64,000 nucleotides of DNA from Alphaproteobacteria bacterium (GCA_965214705.1 OZ243972.1:704001-768000); one strand, 5' to 3'. Counted from the stretch's first letter, positions 41,476-53,378 are shown. Numbers and translations are program-made. The notes: generated by a model from the letters alone, not told the origin.

Positions 41476-41922
41476 TCAGACCACCGGCGGGCGGGGCGCG
41501 CCGAAGCGCTCCGTGAGCTTCGCCATGAGCCCGTCCCGCACCTCGCGGTAGGCGAACAGCCGAGTCTCGCGGTTGCCCTCGACGATGCTGGGATCGAGGG
41601 TGTGCCAAAACTCGAGCTCGCAGTGCGCGGTGCGGGTGAGCTCGATCGCCCTGTGCTGGGCCTCCGGCGAGAGCGACACCACCATGTCGAAGGAGTCGCT
41701 TTCGAGATCGTCGAAGGTCTTGGGCCGATGGCCGCCGATATCGATCCCGATCTCCGCCATGACGAGAACCGCGAAGGCGTCACGCCCGCCGCCGCCGCGC
41801 ACACCCGCCGAATCGACGAAGAGCCGGGTGCCGAAGAGGCTCTTCATGAGCCCTTCCGCCATGGGCGAGCGCACGGAGTTCCACGTGCAGGCGAAGAGGA
41901 TGCTGCCGGGGAGTATGCCCAT
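41476..41922 (-). CDS. Low molecular weight phosphatase / ArsC family protein
   Basis: ILFACTWNSVRSPMAE P-loop. Confidence 0.9.
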   Translation of the reverse strand: MGILPGSILFACTWNSVRSPMAEGLMKSLFGTRLFVDSAGVRGGGGRDAFAVLVMAEIGIDIGGHRPKTFDDLESDSFDMVVSLSPEAQHRAIELTRTAHCELEFWHTLDPSIVEGNRETRLFAYREVRDGLMAKLTERFGAPRPPVV

Positions 41923-41936
41923 GGCGAGCGAGCGGG

Positions 41937-42422
41937 CTAAAGCCGGACATGCAGCGCGTGGACGAGCGTGAACAGCCGCCGCGCCGTCGTCTCGTCGATA
42001 TCGATGGTGCCGGCGAGTTCGCGCCGGATGATCTCGGCGCCATCGTTGTGGCAAGACCGCCGGCCCATGTCGATCGCCTCGATCTGCGACCGCGGCGCGG
42101 TTCGGATCGCCTCGTGATAGGTGTCGCAGATTGTGGCGTAGTCGCGCAGCGTCTGGCGCAGCGCCGCAAGCAGCAGCACGGCCTGGACCTGCGGCACGCC
42201 CATGTCGTCCTCGACATCCAGCAGTAGTCGCCCTTCCTCGCGGCCAATGCGCAGCCGATAGGGGCCGCCCGACCCTTCGACCGGCGCGAAGCTGTTCTCC
42301 TCCAGCAGATCGTGGATGGCGATGCGGCGCTCGTGTTCGTAATCCGGGCCCCGGCGAAAGCCGGCGCTCGGGTCCAGTGCGACCTCCACCAGCCGGTCCG
42401 TCCCGGCCGGGTCCCCACCCAT
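41937..42422 (-). CDS. UPF0262 family protein
   Basis: EHER.IAI.DLLEENSF, IEAIDMGRR..HN, TARRLFTL. Confidence 0.92.
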   Translation of the reverse strand: MGGDPAGTDRLVEVALDPSAGFRRGPDYEHERRIAIHDLLEENSFAPVEGSGGPYRLRIGREEGRLLLDVEDDMGVPQVQAVLLLAALRQTLRDYATICDTYHEAIRTAPRSQIEAIDMGRRSCHNDGAEIIRRELAGTIDIDETTARRLFTLVHALHVRL

Positions 42423-42426
42423 GTTC

Positions 42427-43728
42427 TCACTCCGAGCAGTCGCCGAGCCTGAGCGCCACCGAGAGGGCGTGGGCGTGAAGCCCTTCGGCTTCGGCGAGCG
42501 TGACGGCCGCCGGGCCGATTTGCGCGAGGCTCGCGGCGTCGCAGCCGACGAAGGTCGTGCGCTTGAGGAAATCTAGCGGCGAGAGGCCCGAGGAGAAGCG
42601 GGCGCTGCGGGCGGTCGGCAGCACGTGGTTGGGGCCGGCCACGTAGTCGCCGATGGCTTCCGGCGTGTGCCGGCCGAGGAAGATGGCACCGACGCTGGTC
42701 ACCGCCTCGGCCAGCCGGGCGGGCTCCTCCACCGCAAGCTCCAGGTGTTCGGGCGCCAGCCAGTTGACCAGCGGCGGCGCCTCGTCGAGGGTGCCGACCA
42801 CGATGACCGCGCCGTGGTCGCGCCAGCTCGCAGCCGCGATGTTGGCGCGCGGGAGCCGCGCCAGATGCGCCGCCACCGCCTCGGTTACCCGGTCCGCGAA
42901 CGCCCCGTCGTCGGTGATCAGGACGGCTTGTGCGTCGCCGTCGTGCTCGGCCTGGGAGAGCAGGTCCGCGGCGACCCATTCCGGCTCGTTGGCGCTATCC
43001 GCGACCACCAGGATCTCCGACGGGCCCGCGATCATGTCGATGCCGACGGTGCCGAAGACCAGGCGCTTGGCGGCGGCGACATAGGCGTTGCCGGGGCCCA
43101 CGATCTTGTCCACCGGCGCGATACTCTCGGTGCCGTAGGCGAGCGCGGCGACCGCCTGCGCCCCGCCGACCCGATAGATCTCGGTGACTCCGGCGATCTC
43201 GGCGGCGGCCATCACCGCCGCATCCAGCGCGCCATCCGGCGTCGGCACCACCATGGCGATGCGTCTGACACCGGCGACCCGTGCGGGGATCGCGTTCATC
43301 AGCACGGTGCTCGGATAGGCTGCGGTGCCGCCCGGCACGTAGAGCCCGACCGCATCCAGCGGGCGCCAGCGGGCGCCGAGTTGAACACCCGCCTCATCGC
43401 GGTAGTCGAGGTCGGTCGGCATCAGGCGGGCGTGAAAGGCCTCGATCCGTTCGGCCGCCTGCCTGAGCGCGTCGCGCACGGCCGCAGGTGCAGCGGCGGC
43501 CTGGCCGGCAGCCTCATCCGCCGAGAGCCGGATCGTCTCGGGCGTGAGCGCGATGCGGTCGAAACGCGCGGTGTAGTCGAGCAACGCCGCATCGCCGCCC
43601 TCGCGCACCCCTTCGACGATGGCAGCGGCCTCGCGGTCGACGTCCTCCGCCACGCCCCGCCGCGCAGCCAGCAGAGCGTCGAAGGCGGCGGCGAAGCCCG
43701 CGCCCGCGCTGTCGAGCCTATGCGCCAT
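42427..43728 (-). CDS. hisD: Histidinol dehydrogenase
   Basis: [51 protein letters not shown]. Confidence 0.97.
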   Translation of the reverse strand: MAHRLDSAGAGFAAAFDALLAARRGVAEDVDREAAAIVEGVREGGDAALLDYTARFDRIALTPETIRLSADEAAGQAAAAPAAVRDALRQAAERIEAFHARLMPTDLDYRDEAGVQLGARWRPLDAVGLYVPGGTAAYPSTVLMNAIPARVAGVRRIAMVVPTPDGALDAAVMAAAEIAGVTEIYRVGGAQAVAALAYGTESIAPVDKIVGPGNAYVAAAKRLVFGTVGIDMIAGPSEILVVADSANEPEWVAADLLSQAEHDGDAQAVLITDDGAFADRVTEAVAAHLARLPRANIAAASWRDHGAVIVVGTLDEAPPLVNWLAPEHLELAVEEPARLAEAVTSVGAIFLGRHTPEAIGDYVAGPNHVLPTARSARFSSGLSPLDFLKRTTFVGCDAASLAQIGPAAVTLAEAEGLHAHALSVALRLGDCSE

Positions 43729-44374
43729 TCACCGCCTCGCCGAAGCGCTCGATCCAGGCCTGCAGCTCGCCGGCCCTAGTCTTGAGCGCAGTGCGGTTGA
43801 CCACGAGCCGCGCCGAGATATCGGCGATATGCTCCACCTCGACCAAGCCGTTGGCCCTGAGCGTCGCGCCGGTGCCCACCAGATCGACGATCCGCCGGCA
43901 GAGTCCCAGCCCCGGCGCGAGCTCCATCGCGCCGTTGAGCTTGATGCACTCGGCCTGAACCCCGCGGGCGGCGAAATGGCGGCGCGTCACTTGCGGATAC
44001 TTGGTGGCGACCCGCACGTGGCTCCAACGCGAGGGATCGTCCCCGGTCGCGAGTTCCGCCGGCTCCGCCACCACCATGCGGCAGAGGCCGATGCCAAGGT
44101 CGAGCGGCGCATAGATTTCGCGGTAGTCGAACTCCATCAGCACGTCGTTGCCGACCACGCCGAGCTGGGCCGCGCCGAAGGCGACGAAGGTGGCAACATC
44201 GAAGCTGCGCACCTGGATCAGGTCGAGCCCCGGATCCGAGGTGGCGAAGCGAAGCTGGCGCGCGTGCTCGTCCGCAAACGCGGCTTCCGGCTCGATGCCG
44301 GCGCGCGCAAGCACGGGCGCAAGCTCGCGGGAGATTCGGCCCTTGGGCAGCGCGAGCAGCAGGCCGGCGCTCAT
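43718..44374 (-). CDS. hisG: ATP phosphoribosyltransferase (short form)
   Basis: ALPKGR, VATKYP, GAMELAP, IVDLV.TG.TLRANGL. Confidence 0.96.
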   Translation of the reverse strand: MSAGLLLALPKGRISRELAPVLARAGIEPEAAFADEHARQLRFATSDPGLDLIQVRSFDVATFVAFGAAQLGVVGNDVLMEFDYREIYAPLDLGIGLCRMVVAEPAELATGDDPSRWSHVRVATKYPQVTRRHFAARGVQAECIKLNGAMELAPGLGLCRRIVDLVGTGATLRANGLVEVEHIADISARLVVNRTALKTRAGELQAWIERFGEAVNGA

Positions 44375-44802
44375 GCCCGATCCTCCTCCCCCTGCACCGC
44401 AGCCAGCCGCGGCTCCTCCAGGTCCTGAAACAGGCAAGCCAGGTGCCCGGTCTCGATCCATACCTCGGCACCGTCCTGGAACAGGAGCCGCACCACGGTC
44501 GTGGACCGGCCGGGCTCGGCGACCATGCCCGCGAGCTTGAGCAGCCGCGCGGGCTCGGCGCGGTCGATCCCGCGCAGTTTGACCGCAGAGACCGCATCGA
44601 AGTGGATCGCGGCCCGTGCCTGGCCCGCGGGTCCGCCCGCGGCCTCGCGGCAGCGGCGCACGACGATCGCTGCGAAGCGGCTGTCGGCGGGCTCGAAAGC
44701 CATCTCGCCCACCGCGAAGACGGCATCCTCAAGGCATGCGGAGATCACGGCGAGATCGCCGGCATCCTCCGCCCGCAGCTTGAGACGCGTGCACGCGGTC
44801 AA
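44371..44802 (-). CDS. DUF2948 family protein
   Basis: [21 protein letters not shown]; conserved position after murA. Confidence 0.85.
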   Translation of the reverse strand: MTACTRLKLRAEDAGDLAVISACLEDAVFAVGEMAFEPADSRFAAIVVRRCREAAGGPAGQARAAIHFDAVSAVKLRGIDRAEPARLLKLAGMVAEPGRSTTVVRLLFQDGAEVWIETGHLACLFQDLEEPRLAAVQGEEDRA

Positions 44803-46082
44803 TGATGGACCCGGTCGATCTCGGCGCCGCAGGCCGCGAGCTTGTCCTCGATCCGCTCGTAGCCGCGGTCCAGGTGATAGACCCGGTGCACCACCGTCTC
44901 GCCCTCGGCAGCGAGCCCCGCAAGGACCAGCGACGACGAGGCCCGGAGGTCGGTGGCCATCACCTGCGCGCCAGTGAGCGAGTCTACACCGCGCACCAGC
45001 GCGGTCGGGCCGCGCACGGCAATGTCCGCGCCCATGCGGCGCAGCTCCTGCACGTGCATGAAGCGGTTCTCGAAGATCGTCTCGGTGATCATCGCAGCGC
45101 CGTCGGCGACCGTCATGAGCGCCATCGCCTGCGCCTGCAGGTCGGTGGGAAAGCCGGGATAGGGCCGGGTCGTCACGTCCGTTGCGGTGGGCCGGCCGTT
45201 GCCGCGCACCCGGAGCCCGCGCGCCGTCACGGTGATGCTGACCCCGGTAGCCTCCAGATAATCGAGCAGCGAGCGCAGAAGGGCAGCCGGCGCACCGGCG
45301 AGCTCGACATCGCCGCCCACCATGGCAGCCGCCAACGCATAGGTGCCGGCCTCGATCCGGTCGCCCACCACGTGATGCTCGGCGCCGGAGAGCGCCTCCT
45401 TGCCGCGAATCAGAAGCTCGTCGGTGCCGATTCCCGTGATGTCGGCGCCCATCGCGTTCAGGCAAAGGGCGAGATCGGCGATCTCGGGCTCGCGCGCGGC
45501 GTTGCGGATGACCGTCTCACCGTCCGCCAGCGTCGCCGCCATCATCAGGTTCTCGGTCGCCCCCACCGAGGCGAAGGGCAGCCTGATCTCGGCCCCGCGC
45601 AGGCGCCCCCGCACATGCGCGTGGATGTCGCCGTCCTCGAGTACGACCTGGGCGCCGAGGCGGGTGAGCCCGTCGATGTGCAGGTCCACCGGGCGCGTGC
45701 CGATGGCGCAGCCGCCGGGGAGCGAGACGGTCGCGCGCCCCGTGCGAGCCAGCAGCGGGCCCAACACCAGGATGGAGGCGCGCATCCGGCTCACCAGCTC
45801 GTAGGGCGCCGTGGTGCTGGTGATCTGGCGGGCCCGGAGCGAGAGCACCCGCCCGGCGTTGCCGCCGCGCCGGGCGTGGCCGTCCATGCCGATCTCAACG
45901 CCGTGCTGGGCGAGCAGGTGCGCGAGCGTCGTGATATCGGTGAGGTGCGGGATGTTGGCGAGCGTGAGCGTTTCGTCGGTCAGGAGGCACGCCGCCATCA
46001 GCGGCAGGGCCGCGTTCTTGGCGCCAAAAATCTCGATCTCGCCCTCGAGCGGGCGGCCGCCCCTGATGCGAATACTGTCCAT
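44799..46082 (-). CDS. murA: UDP-N-acetylglucosamine 1-carboxyvinyltransferase
   Basis: [36 protein letters not shown]. Confidence 0.97.
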   Translation of the reverse strand: MDSIRIRGGRPLEGEIEIFGAKNAALPLMAACLLTDETLTLANIPHLTDITTLAHLLAQHGVEIGMDGHARRGGNAGRVLSLRARQITSTTAPYELVSRMRASILVLGPLLARTGRATVSLPGGCAIGTRPVDLHIDGLTRLGAQVVLEDGDIHAHVRGRLRGAEIRLPFASVGATENLMMAATLADGETVIRNAAREPEIADLALCLNAMGADITGIGTDELLIRGKEALSGAEHHVVGDRIEAGTYALAAAMVGGDVELAGAPAALLRSLLDYLEATGVSITVTARGLRVRGNGRPTATDVTTRPYPGFPTDLQAQAMALMTVADGAAMITETIFENRFMHVQELRRMGADIAVRGPTALVRGVDSLTGAQVMATDLRASSSLVLAGLAAEGETVVHRVYHLDRGYERIEDKLAACGAEIDRVHH

Positions 46083-46211
46083 GAACCGCCCCTGGCGCCG
46101 GGGGCAGGGCGCCGCGCCGCCATGCGGCCGCACATGAGAATCGGCGCGGCCGCCCCGTCCGCTTTCGCGGCCGCACCATAGGCGAGCGGCGCCCGGCGGA
46201 CAAGCGGCTGC

Positions 46212-46805
46212 TCAAGCCGGGCGATACTCCGCCATGGCGTCGAGCAGCCAGGTGGCGAGGTATACCGAGAACGAGTTGCGCACCGTGATCTCGTAGGAAG
46301 GTGCGTCGTCGGTCTGGTGCAGGATGACGGTTGCCTTGGCCAGCGCCGTCTGCACGCAGGTGCCGGGCTCGAACGCGCGCGGATGCAGGTCGAGCCGGCA
46401 GCCCTTCATCAGCACCTCGCGTGCGCGCGGGCCCGAGAGCGCGAGCGTTGCATACATGGCGCTCACGTTGGTCAACGCGTGGTGGCGACCGTCAAGGCGC
46501 CCCCGCAGCGTGTCTTCGAGCTGAGCGCCTTCCTCCGCCGGCCCGGTCACCAGCCACTCGTCGGGACCGAGCCAGAGCAGGGTCTTGCCGTTGACGGTGG
46601 TGGCCGCGGTATTGGGCGTACGCGGCAGCGACCCGCCGAGGATCGCGCCTGCGGCGGTGAGCGCGTCGGCGTCCTTGGGATCGAGCCGGAGGTTGAAGCG
46701 CGCACGCGCCGATCCGTCAGTCAGCGTCACGCCCTCGGCGCTCGCCTCCGCGAGTGCATCGGCGAGGCCTGCGAGCGGGCTGCGGGGTGCCGGCGCCTCA
46801 GCCAT
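46212..46805 (-). CDS. soxG: Sarcosine oxidase subunit gamma
   Basis: LWLGPDEWL, KGC.LDLHP..F, VRNSF..Y. Confidence 0.93.
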   Translation of the reverse strand: MAEAPAPRSPLAGLADALAEASAEGVTLTDGSARARFNLRLDPKDADALTAAGAILGGSLPRTPNTAATTVNGKTLLWLGPDEWLVTGPAEEGAQLEDTLRGRLDGRHHALTNVSAMYATLALSGPRAREVLMKGCRLDLHPRAFEPGTCVQTALAKATVILHQTDDAPSYEITVRNSFSVYLATWLLDAMAEYRPA

Positions 46806-49803
46806 CCCGCTTGGCTCCTTCCGGGTCGTAGAATACCGGCTCCGTGATCTTGCAGGGCAGGAAGCCGCTCTCGGGTGCCGCGTAGATGGTCTCGCCTTTG
46901 CGCGCGCGGCCGCCCTTCACCAGCGCGAGCGCGATGGAGCGGCCCAGCGCCGGGCTCTCGTAGCTGGAGGTGACGTGGCCGATCATCGGGATCGGCGGGC
47001 GCCCGCGCTTCTCCACGAGCTGCGTGCCCTCGGGCAGCACCTTCTTGGGGTCGTCGGTAAGGATGCCGACGAGCTGCTTGCGGTCCTCGCGCCGCGAGTC
47101 CTCGCGGCTCCAGGCGCGCTTGCCCAGGAAATCGGCTTTCTTCTTGGAGACGATCCAGTCCATGCCGAGGTCGTGCGGCGTGGTGGTGCCGTCGGTCTCC
47201 TGGCCCACGATGATGAAGCCCCGCTCCGCACGCAGCACGTGCATCGCCTCGGTGCCGTAGGGGGTGATGCCGTGCTCGGCGCCCGCCGCCATCAGCGCCT
47301 CCCACAGGTGACGTCCGTGGTGCCAGGGCACGTTGATCTCGAAGCTAAGCTCGCCGGTAAAGCTGATGCGGAAGACGCGGGAATCCACGCCGGCGACCGT
47401 GCCCTCCTTCACGCTCATGAAGGGGAAGGTGTCGGCATCCAGCGCCATCTCCGGCGCCAGCGCAGCCAGCACGTCGCGGGCCTTGGGGCCGGCCAGCGCA
47501 ACCGTCGCCCACTGCTCGGTGACCGAGGTGCAATAGACCCTGAGCTCCGGCCACTCGGTCTGCAGCCACTCCTCGAGCCACTCCAGCACGTGGGCCGCGT
47601 TGCCCGTGGTCGTCGTCATCAGATAGTGGTTCTCGCCGAGGCGCGCGGTGGTGCCGTCGTCGAAGACCATGCCGTCGTCGCCGCACATGAGCCCGTAGCG
47701 CACGCGGCCCGGCTTCAGCGTCGAGAAGGCGTTGGTGTAGACCATGTCGAGCAGGGTGGTTGCGTCCGGCCCCCTGATGTCGATCTTGCCGAGCGTCGAG
47801 GCGTCGAGAATGCCCACCGCGTCCCGCACCGCACGGCACTCGCGCGCGACCGCTGCGTGCTTGTCCTCGCCTTGCCGGGGATACCACCAGGGCCGGTGCC
47901 ACTGGCCCACCGGCTCGAACACCGCGCCCGCGGCCTCGTGCCATTCGTGCATCGCCGTGCGCCGCACCGGATCCATCAGCGCGCCGGTATCGCGCCCGGC
48001 GAGCGCGCCGAAGGTGACCGGCGTATAGGGCGGGCGATAGGTGGTAAAGCCCACCTCGGGCACGGTCTTGCCCAGCGCATCGGCGAGGATGGCGAGGCCG
48101 TTGACGTTCGCCGTCTTGCCCTGGTCGGTGCCCATCCCGACCGTGGTGTAGCGCTTGACGTGCTCGACCGAGCGGAACCCCTCGCGCGCGGCGAGCCGGA
48201 TGTCGGCCGCGGTCACGTCGTCCTGATGGTCAACCATGTGCTTGGCCTTGCCGTGGCCGAGCGGCTTCAGCCCCGGCGCGAGCCAGTAGGGCGCGATGGC
48301 GCCGGGCTCGGGCGCTTCGACCGGCGGTACCGGCGGCGGCGTGCCGTCGCCGAAGCCCGTTGCTTCCGCGGCGCGCGCGCCGGCGGCAGCGCCTTCTTCC
48401 AGGCAGGCGGCGAGGCCGAAGCTGCCGTTGGCGGCACCTGCGACCTCCAGCGCCTGCGTCGCCGTGCCGGGAATGAAGATGCCGCGCGCCTCTTCGTAGG
48501 TGAGCTTGCCGGCCGACTGGCTGAAGAGATGCACCGCCGGGTTCCAACCGCCGGAGACCAGCACGCTATCGCAGTGGATGCGGTATCGCTCGCTGCCGAG
48601 CCCGCCGTCCTTGCCGAGCTTCGCGACCGTGACCGAGCGCACCCGCTTCGCCCCGTGGGTGGCGGCGATAACCGATCCAGTGTGGAGCGCGACGCCGGCG
48701 CCCTTGAGCGCAGGCGCCAGCGGCGCCGCAGGGTCGGGCCGGCAATCGATCACCGCGCCGACCGTGCCACCCGCCTCGACGATATCGTGGGCTGCCTCGT
48801 AAGCCGCGTCGTTGTTGGTGAACAGCACCGCGCGCTCGCCCGGCAGCGCCGCGTAGTGGTTTAGGTAACGCTGCGCCGCCGAGGCCAGCAGGATTCCCGG
48901 GCGGTCGTTGTCGGCGAAGACCAACGGCCGCTCGTGGGCGCCGGTGGCGAGCACCACACGGCCCGCCTTGATGTTCCAGAGGCGCTGACGGCTCACGCCG
49001 TCCGGCGCGCGCGGCCCCAGATGGTCGGTGCGGCGCTCGAACGCGCTCAGCGAGTTGTGGTCGTAGTAGCCGAAGAGCGTGGTGCGGGTGACGACGCGCA
49101 CCTCCTCCATGGCGGCCAGCCGGCCCGCCGCCGCCTCGGCCCAGGCCACGCCGTCCACGCCATCGATCCGGCGGCGGTGGCCCAGCAGCGAACCGCCGAG
49201 CGCGGCCTCGTCGTCCACCAGCAACACCCGCGCGCCGGCCTCACCGGCGGCGAGCGCTGCAGCGATGCCGGCCGGCCCGCCGCCCACCACCAGCACGTCG
49301 CAGTGGACGTTCATCTTGTCGTAAGAATCCGGGTCGGGTACCTCGGGTGCGCGGCCGAGCCCGGCCATGCGCCGGATTGCGGGCTCGTAAAGCGACTTCC
49401 AGAACGACGCCGGCCAGAGGAAGGTCTTGTAGTAGAAGCCGGCGGGGAAGAGCGGCGCGAGCTTCCCGGTCCAGGCGGCGAGGTCGCAGTTGGCGCTCGG
49501 CCAGGCATTGACGCCGGCAGCGGTGAGCCCGTCGTAGAGCTCCACCTGGGTTGCGCGCAGGTTGGGCTCGGTGCGCGCGCCTTCGCCGAGCTGGACCAGT
49601 GCCGACGGCTCCTCCGCGCCTGCGGTCAGGATCCCGCGCGGCCGGTGGTACTTGAAGCTCCGGCTCGTGAGGTGGGTGCCGTTCGCGATCAGCGCGGATG
49701 CCAGCGTGTCGCCGGCGAAGCCCTCGTAGCTCTGCCCGTTGAAGGTGAAGCGCAGGCGCTTGGTCCGGTCGATCCGCCCGCCTTCCTTGAGACGAAAGCG
49801 CAC
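46798..49803 (-). CDS. soxA: Sarcosine oxidase subunit alpha
   Basis: GDTLASAL.ANG...RSFKYHRPRG, KRYTT.GMGTDQGK, DASTLGKI; GTG start overlaps the soxD stop. Confidence 0.95.
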   Translation of the reverse strand: MRFRLKEGGRIDRTKRLRFTFNGQSYEGFAGDTLASALIANGTHLTSRSFKYHRPRGILTAGAEEPSALVQLGEGARTEPNLRATQVELYDGLTAAGVNAWPSANCDLAAWTGKLAPLFPAGFYYKTFLWPASFWKSLYEPAIRRMAGLGRAPEVPDPDSYDKMNVHCDVLVVGGGPAGIAAALAAGEAGARVLLVDDEAALGGSLLGHRRRIDGVDGVAWAEAAAGRLAAMEEVRVVTRTTLFGYYDHNSLSAFERRTDHLGPRAPDGVSRQRLWNIKAGRVVLATGAHERPLVFADNDRPGILLASAAQRYLNHYAALPGERAVLFTNNDAAYEAAHDIVEAGGTVGAVIDCRPDPAAPLAPALKGAGVALHTGSVIAATHGAKRVRSVTVAKLGKDGGLGSERYRIHCDSVLVSGGWNPAVHLFSQSAGKLTYEEARGIFIPGTATQALEVAGAANGSFGLAACLEEGAAAGARAAEATGFGDGTPPPVPPVEAPEPGAIAPYWLAPGLKPLGHGKAKHMVDHQDDVTAADIRLAAREGFRSVEHVKRYTTVGMGTDQGKTANVNGLAILADALGKTVPEVGFTTYRPPYTPVTFGALAGRDTGALMDPVRRTAMHEWHEAAGAVFEPVGQWHRPWWYPRQGEDKHAAVARECRAVRDAVGILDASTLGKIDIRGPDATTLLDMVYTNAFSTLKPGRVRYGLMCGDDGMVFDDGTTARLGENHYLMTTTTGNAAHVLEWLEEWLQTEWPELRVYCTSVTEQWATVALAGPKARDVLAALAPEMALDADTFPFMSVKEGTVAGVDSRVFRISFTGELSFEINVPWHHGRHLWEALMAAGAEHGITPYGTEAMHVLRAERGFIIVGQETDGTTTPHDLGMDWIVSKKKADFLGKRAWSREDSRREDRKQLVGILTDDPKKVLPEGTQLVEKRGRPPIPMIGHVTSSYESPALGRSIALALVKGGRARKGETIYAAPESGFLPCKITEPVFYDPEGAKRDG

Positions 49804-50099
49804 TATTCGCCCTCCGCCCCGTTGCCCGGCGGATCGGGCCGCGGCGTGCCCATGGGATAGATCGCGATCACGTCGTTGCTGACGGTATCGCGCAGCGCAT
49901 TGAACCAGCGCCGGCAGCCTTCCCTGTGCATCCAGCGCTCGGCGTGGACGCCCTTGGGGTTGGTCCGCATGAAGAGGTAGTCGGCCCAGCCCGCGTCGTC
50001 GGTCGCCGCCGGGTCGGGGCGCGCGATATGGGCCTCGCCGCCGTAGCGAAACTCGGATTCGGGCCGCGCGCCGCACCAGGGGCAGTCGATCCAGAGCAT
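49803..50099 (-). CDS. soxD: Sarcosine oxidase subunit delta
   Basis: IDCPWCG.R.E.EF.YGGEAH, W.H..GCRRWFN..RDT. Confidence 0.95.
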   Translation of the reverse strand: MLWIDCPWCGARPESEFRYGGEAHIARPDPAATDDAGWADYLFMRTNPKGVHAERWMHREGCRRWFNALRDTVSNDVIAIYPMGTPRPDPPGNGAEGE

Positions 50100-50111
50100 C
50101 CCCCGCGTCCT

Positions 50112-51362
50112 CTAGTGCGCCACGGCCGCCGCCGCGTGCTCGTCGATCAGCGCGCCGGAGGTGAAGCGGTCGAGCGCGAAGGGCGCGTTCAGCGGGTGCG
50201 GCTCGCCCGTCGCGATGGTATGCGCCAGCACCCAGCCCGAGCCCGGCGTCGCCTTGAAGCCGCCGGTGCCCCAGCCGCCGTTGATGAAGAGGCCGTCCAC
50301 CGGAGTCTTGCCAATGATGGGCGAGGCATCGGGGCACACGTCCACGATCCCGGCCCAGGAGCGCATCATGCGCACCCGGCTGAAGATCGGGATCAGCTCG
50401 ACGATCGCCCCCATCTGGTCCTCGATGGTGTGGAGCCCGCCCCGCTGGCTGTAAGAGTTGGGCGGGTCGAGGCCCGCGCCGATCACCAGTTCGCCCTTGT
50501 CGGACTGGCTGACGTAAACGTGCACGCCGTTCGACATGATGACGCAGTGCAGCACCGGCTTCAGCGGCTCCGAGACCAACGCCTGCAGCGGGTGGCTCTC
50601 GATTGGCAGCCTGAAACCCGCCATCGCAGCCAGCACCGAGCTGTGGCCAGCAACCACGATGCCGACCTTCTTCGCGGCAATCGCGCCTTGCGTGGTCTGC
50701 ACCCCGGTCACCCGGCCGGCCTCGACGTCGATGCCGGTGACCTCGCAGTTCTGGATGATGTCGACGCCGCGCGCGTCCGCCGCGCGCGCGTAGCCCCAGG
50801 CGACCGCGTCATGGCGTGCGTTGCCACCCCGCCGCTGCAGGGTGCCGCCCATGATCGGGTAGCGCGTCTTCGTCGAGGTGTTGAGGATCGGGCAGAACGC
50901 CTTGACGTCTTCCGTCGTCAGGAGCTCGGCGTCGACCGCGTTGAGCCGGTTGGCGTTGACCCGCCGGGTCGCCTCCTGCAGGTCGTGGACGTTGTGGATC
51001 AGGTTCAGCACGCCCCGCTGGCTGAACATCAGGTTGTAGTTCAGCTCCTGTGCGAGGCCTTCCCACAGCTTGAGCGCGTGCTCGTAGAGGGCGGCGCTCT
51101 CGTCCCACAGATAGTTGGAACGGATCACCGTGGTGTTGCGCCCGGTGTTGCCGCCCCCGAGCCAGCCCTTCTCCAGCACCGCCACATTGGTTATGCCGTG
51201 GAGGGCGGCGAGGTAGTAGGCGGTCGCCAGCCCATGCCCGCCTGCGCCGATGATGACCACGTCGTAAGCGGCCTTCGGCGCAGGGCTCCGCCACTGCTCC
51301 GGCCAGCGCTCATGATGACTCAGCGCGTTGCGCGCCAGGCTGAAGATCGAGAACTTTTTCAT
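50112..51362 (-). CDS. soxB: Sarcosine oxidase subunit beta
   Basis: [41 protein letters not shown]. Confidence 0.96.
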   Translation of the reverse strand: MKKFSIFSLARNALSHHERWPEQWRSPAPKAAYDVVIIGAGGHGLATAYYLAALHGITNVAVLEKGWLGGGNTGRNTTVIRSNYLWDESAALYEHALKLWEGLAQELNYNLMFSQRGVLNLIHNVHDLQEATRRVNANRLNAVDAELLTTEDVKAFCPILNTSTKTRYPIMGGTLQRRGGNARHDAVAWGYARAADARGVDIIQNCEVTGIDVEAGRVTGVQTTQGAIAAKKVGIVVAGHSSVLAAMAGFRLPIESHPLQALVSEPLKPVLHCVIMSNGVHVYVSQSDKGELVIGAGLDPPNSYSQRGGLHTIEDQMGAIVELIPIFSRVRMMRSWAGIVDVCPDASPIIGKTPVDGLFINGGWGTGGFKATPGSGWVLAHTIATGEPHPLNAPFALDRFTSGALIDEHAAAAVAH

Positions 51363-51434
51363 CTGCGGATGCCCGAATACAGGAACCGCGCGGCCGTGTC
51401 ACTCGCTCCGGTTGGACGAATCCCCGTGCGCGTC

Positions 51435-51463
51435 TTGACGGGCTGCGGCCGGGGGGCTACTTG
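51435..51463 (+). promoter_or_regulatory. Putative sigma70 promoter
   Basis: TTGACG-N17-TACTTG upstream of the CoA-binding/metY operon. Confidence 0.4.
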
Positions 51464-51504
51464 TGCGCCTCACGCACCCCCGACAGCCGCACGGATCTCT
51501 CACG

Positions 51505-52056
51505 ATGGTCGATGTCGCGATCAAGTCGACGGACGGGCACCCGCTCGTCTTCCTGCCCGAGCACGACGGCTACGCCGACGATTACCTGCGCACCATCCTC
51601 CGAGGGGTGAAGACCTTCGCGATGGTGGGCGCCAGCACTCAGTGGCGCCGGCCCAGCTTCTACGCCATGAAGTACCTGACCAAGAAGGGTTATCGGGTGA
51701 TTCCCGTCAACCCGGGCCGGGCCGGCGAGACGATTCTGGGCGAGACGGTCTACGGCAGCCTCGCCGAATGTCCTCACAAGCTCGACATGGTGGATATCTT
51801 CCGCACCTCGGAGGAGGCGCTGGATATCACCAAGGACGTCATCGCGAACAAGGACGAGAAGGGCATCGGGGTGCTGTGGATGCAGCTCACGGTGCGCAAC
51901 GACCGCGCCGCGCAGCTCGCCGAAGAGGCCGGGCTCACGGTCGTCATGAACCGCTGCCCCAAGATCGAGTTCGCCCGGCTCTCGGGCGAGCTGAGCTATA
52001 GTGGCATCAACTCGCGGATCGTATCCGCCAAGCGGGCAAGGCCGCTCAACGCATGA
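51505..52056 (+). CDS. CoA-binding protein (YccU-like)
   Basis: AMVGAS...RPS, VIPVNPG, DMVDIFR, WMQL, VMNRCPKIE. Confidence 0.92.
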   Translation: MVDVAIKSTDGHPLVFLPEHDGYADDYLRTILRGVKTFAMVGASTQWRRPSFYAMKYLTKKGYRVIPVNPGRAGETILGETVYGSLAECPHKLDMVDIFRTSEEALDITKDVIANKDEKGIGVLWMQLTVRNDRAAQLAEEAGLTVVMNRCPKIEFARLSGELSYSGINSRIVSAKRARPLNA

Positions 52057-53378
52057 ACGAGATGCAACCCCTCAAGGCGGAGGCCTCCAAGGCCGCGCCG
52101 CAACACGAGTACGGGATAGAGACACTGGCGGTCCACGCCGGCGCGCGGCCCGACCCGGTCACCGGCGCCCGGACGACGCCGATCTATCAGACCGCGGCCT
52201 ACGCTTTCGACGATGCCGACCATGCGGCCGAGCTCTTCAATCTGCAGACCTTCGGCTACATCTATTCGCGCATCACCAACCCCACCGTTGCCGTGCTCGA
52301 AGAGCGGGTCGCGGCGTTGGAGAACGGACGCGGCGCCGTGGCGGCTGCCACCGGCCACGCGGCGCAGTTCCTGGTGGGCGCGACGCTGCTGGAGAGCGGC
52401 GACGAGTTCATCTCGTCCAACAATCTCTACGGCGGCTCGGTCACCCAGTTCGGCCTGAGCTTCAAGAAGCTCGGCTGGACCTGCCACTTCGTTGACATGA
52501 CGGAGCCCGAGAACGTCGAGAAGGCGATGACCGACAAGGTCAAGTTCGTCTTCTGCGAGGGGCTGGCGAACCCCGGCGGCATCGTGCTCGATCTCGAAGC
52601 GATCGCCGAAGTCACGAAGCGCCACGGCGTGCCGCTCATTGTCGACAACACGATGGCCTCGCCCTATCTCTGCCGGCCCTTCGACCACGGCGCCGACCTC
52701 GTGGTCCACTCGACCACGAAGTTCATCGGCGGCCACGGCAATACCATGGGCGGCATAGTGGTCGAATCCGGCCGTTTCGACTGGTGGCAGAACGACAAGT
52801 TCCCGAGCATGACCAAGCCGGACCCGGCCTATCACGGCCTCACCTTCGCCGAGACCTTCGGCGATTTCGGCTTCACCATGAAGATGCGCGCCGTGGCGCT
52901 GCGGGACTATGGCCCGAGCATGGCCGCGCAGGCGGCCTGGAACCTGCTGCAAGGGGTGGAGACGTTGCCGCTCCGCATGGAGCGCCATTGCTCCAACGCG
53001 CTCGCGGTCGCCAAGTATCTGGAAGACCATCCCAAGGTCTCCTGGGTTTCCTACGCCGGGCTGAAATCGAACCGCTATTACAAGCTCGCCCAGAGATACC
53101 TGCCGCGCGGTGCCGGTGCGGTCTTCACCTTCGGCGTCAAGGGCGGCTACGAGGCCGGGCTCAAGGTGGTCGATACCGTCAACATGTTCTCGCACCTCGC
53201 CAATATCGGCGACACGCGGAGCCTGATCATCCACCCGGCGTCCACCACCCACCGGCAGCTCACCGACGAGCAGAAGACCAACGCCGGTGCCGGGCCGGAC
53301 GTGGTGCGGCTTTCGGTCGGCATCGAGAGTCTCGACGACATCATCGCCGACCTCGACCAGGCCCTCGATCAGGCCTGA
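52053..53378 (+). CDS. metY: O-acetylhomoserine aminocarboxypropyltransferase
   Basis: PIYQT, YSRITNPT, HSTTKFIGGHG (PLP Lys), HLANIGD.RSLIIHPASTTH. Confidence 0.93.
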   Translation: MNEMQPLKAEASKAAPQHEYGIETLAVHAGARPDPVTGARTTPIYQTAAYAFDDADHAAELFNLQTFGYIYSRITNPTVAVLEERVAALENGRGAVAAATGHAAQFLVGATLLESGDEFISSNNLYGGSVTQFGLSFKKLGWTCHFVDMTEPENVEKAMTDKVKFVFCEGLANPGGIVLDLEAIAEVTKRHGVPLIVDNTMASPYLCRPFDHGADLVVHSTTKFIGGHGNTMGGIVVESGRFDWWQNDKFPSMTKPDPAYHGLTFAETFGDFGFTMKMRAVALRDYGPSMAAQAAWNLLQGVETLPLRMERHCSNALAVAKYLEDHPKVSWVSYAGLKSNRYYKLAQRYLPRGAGAVFTFGVKGGYEAGLKVVDTVNMFSHLANIGDTRSLIIHPASTTHRQLTDEQKTNAGAGPDVVRLSVGIESLDDIIADLDQALDQA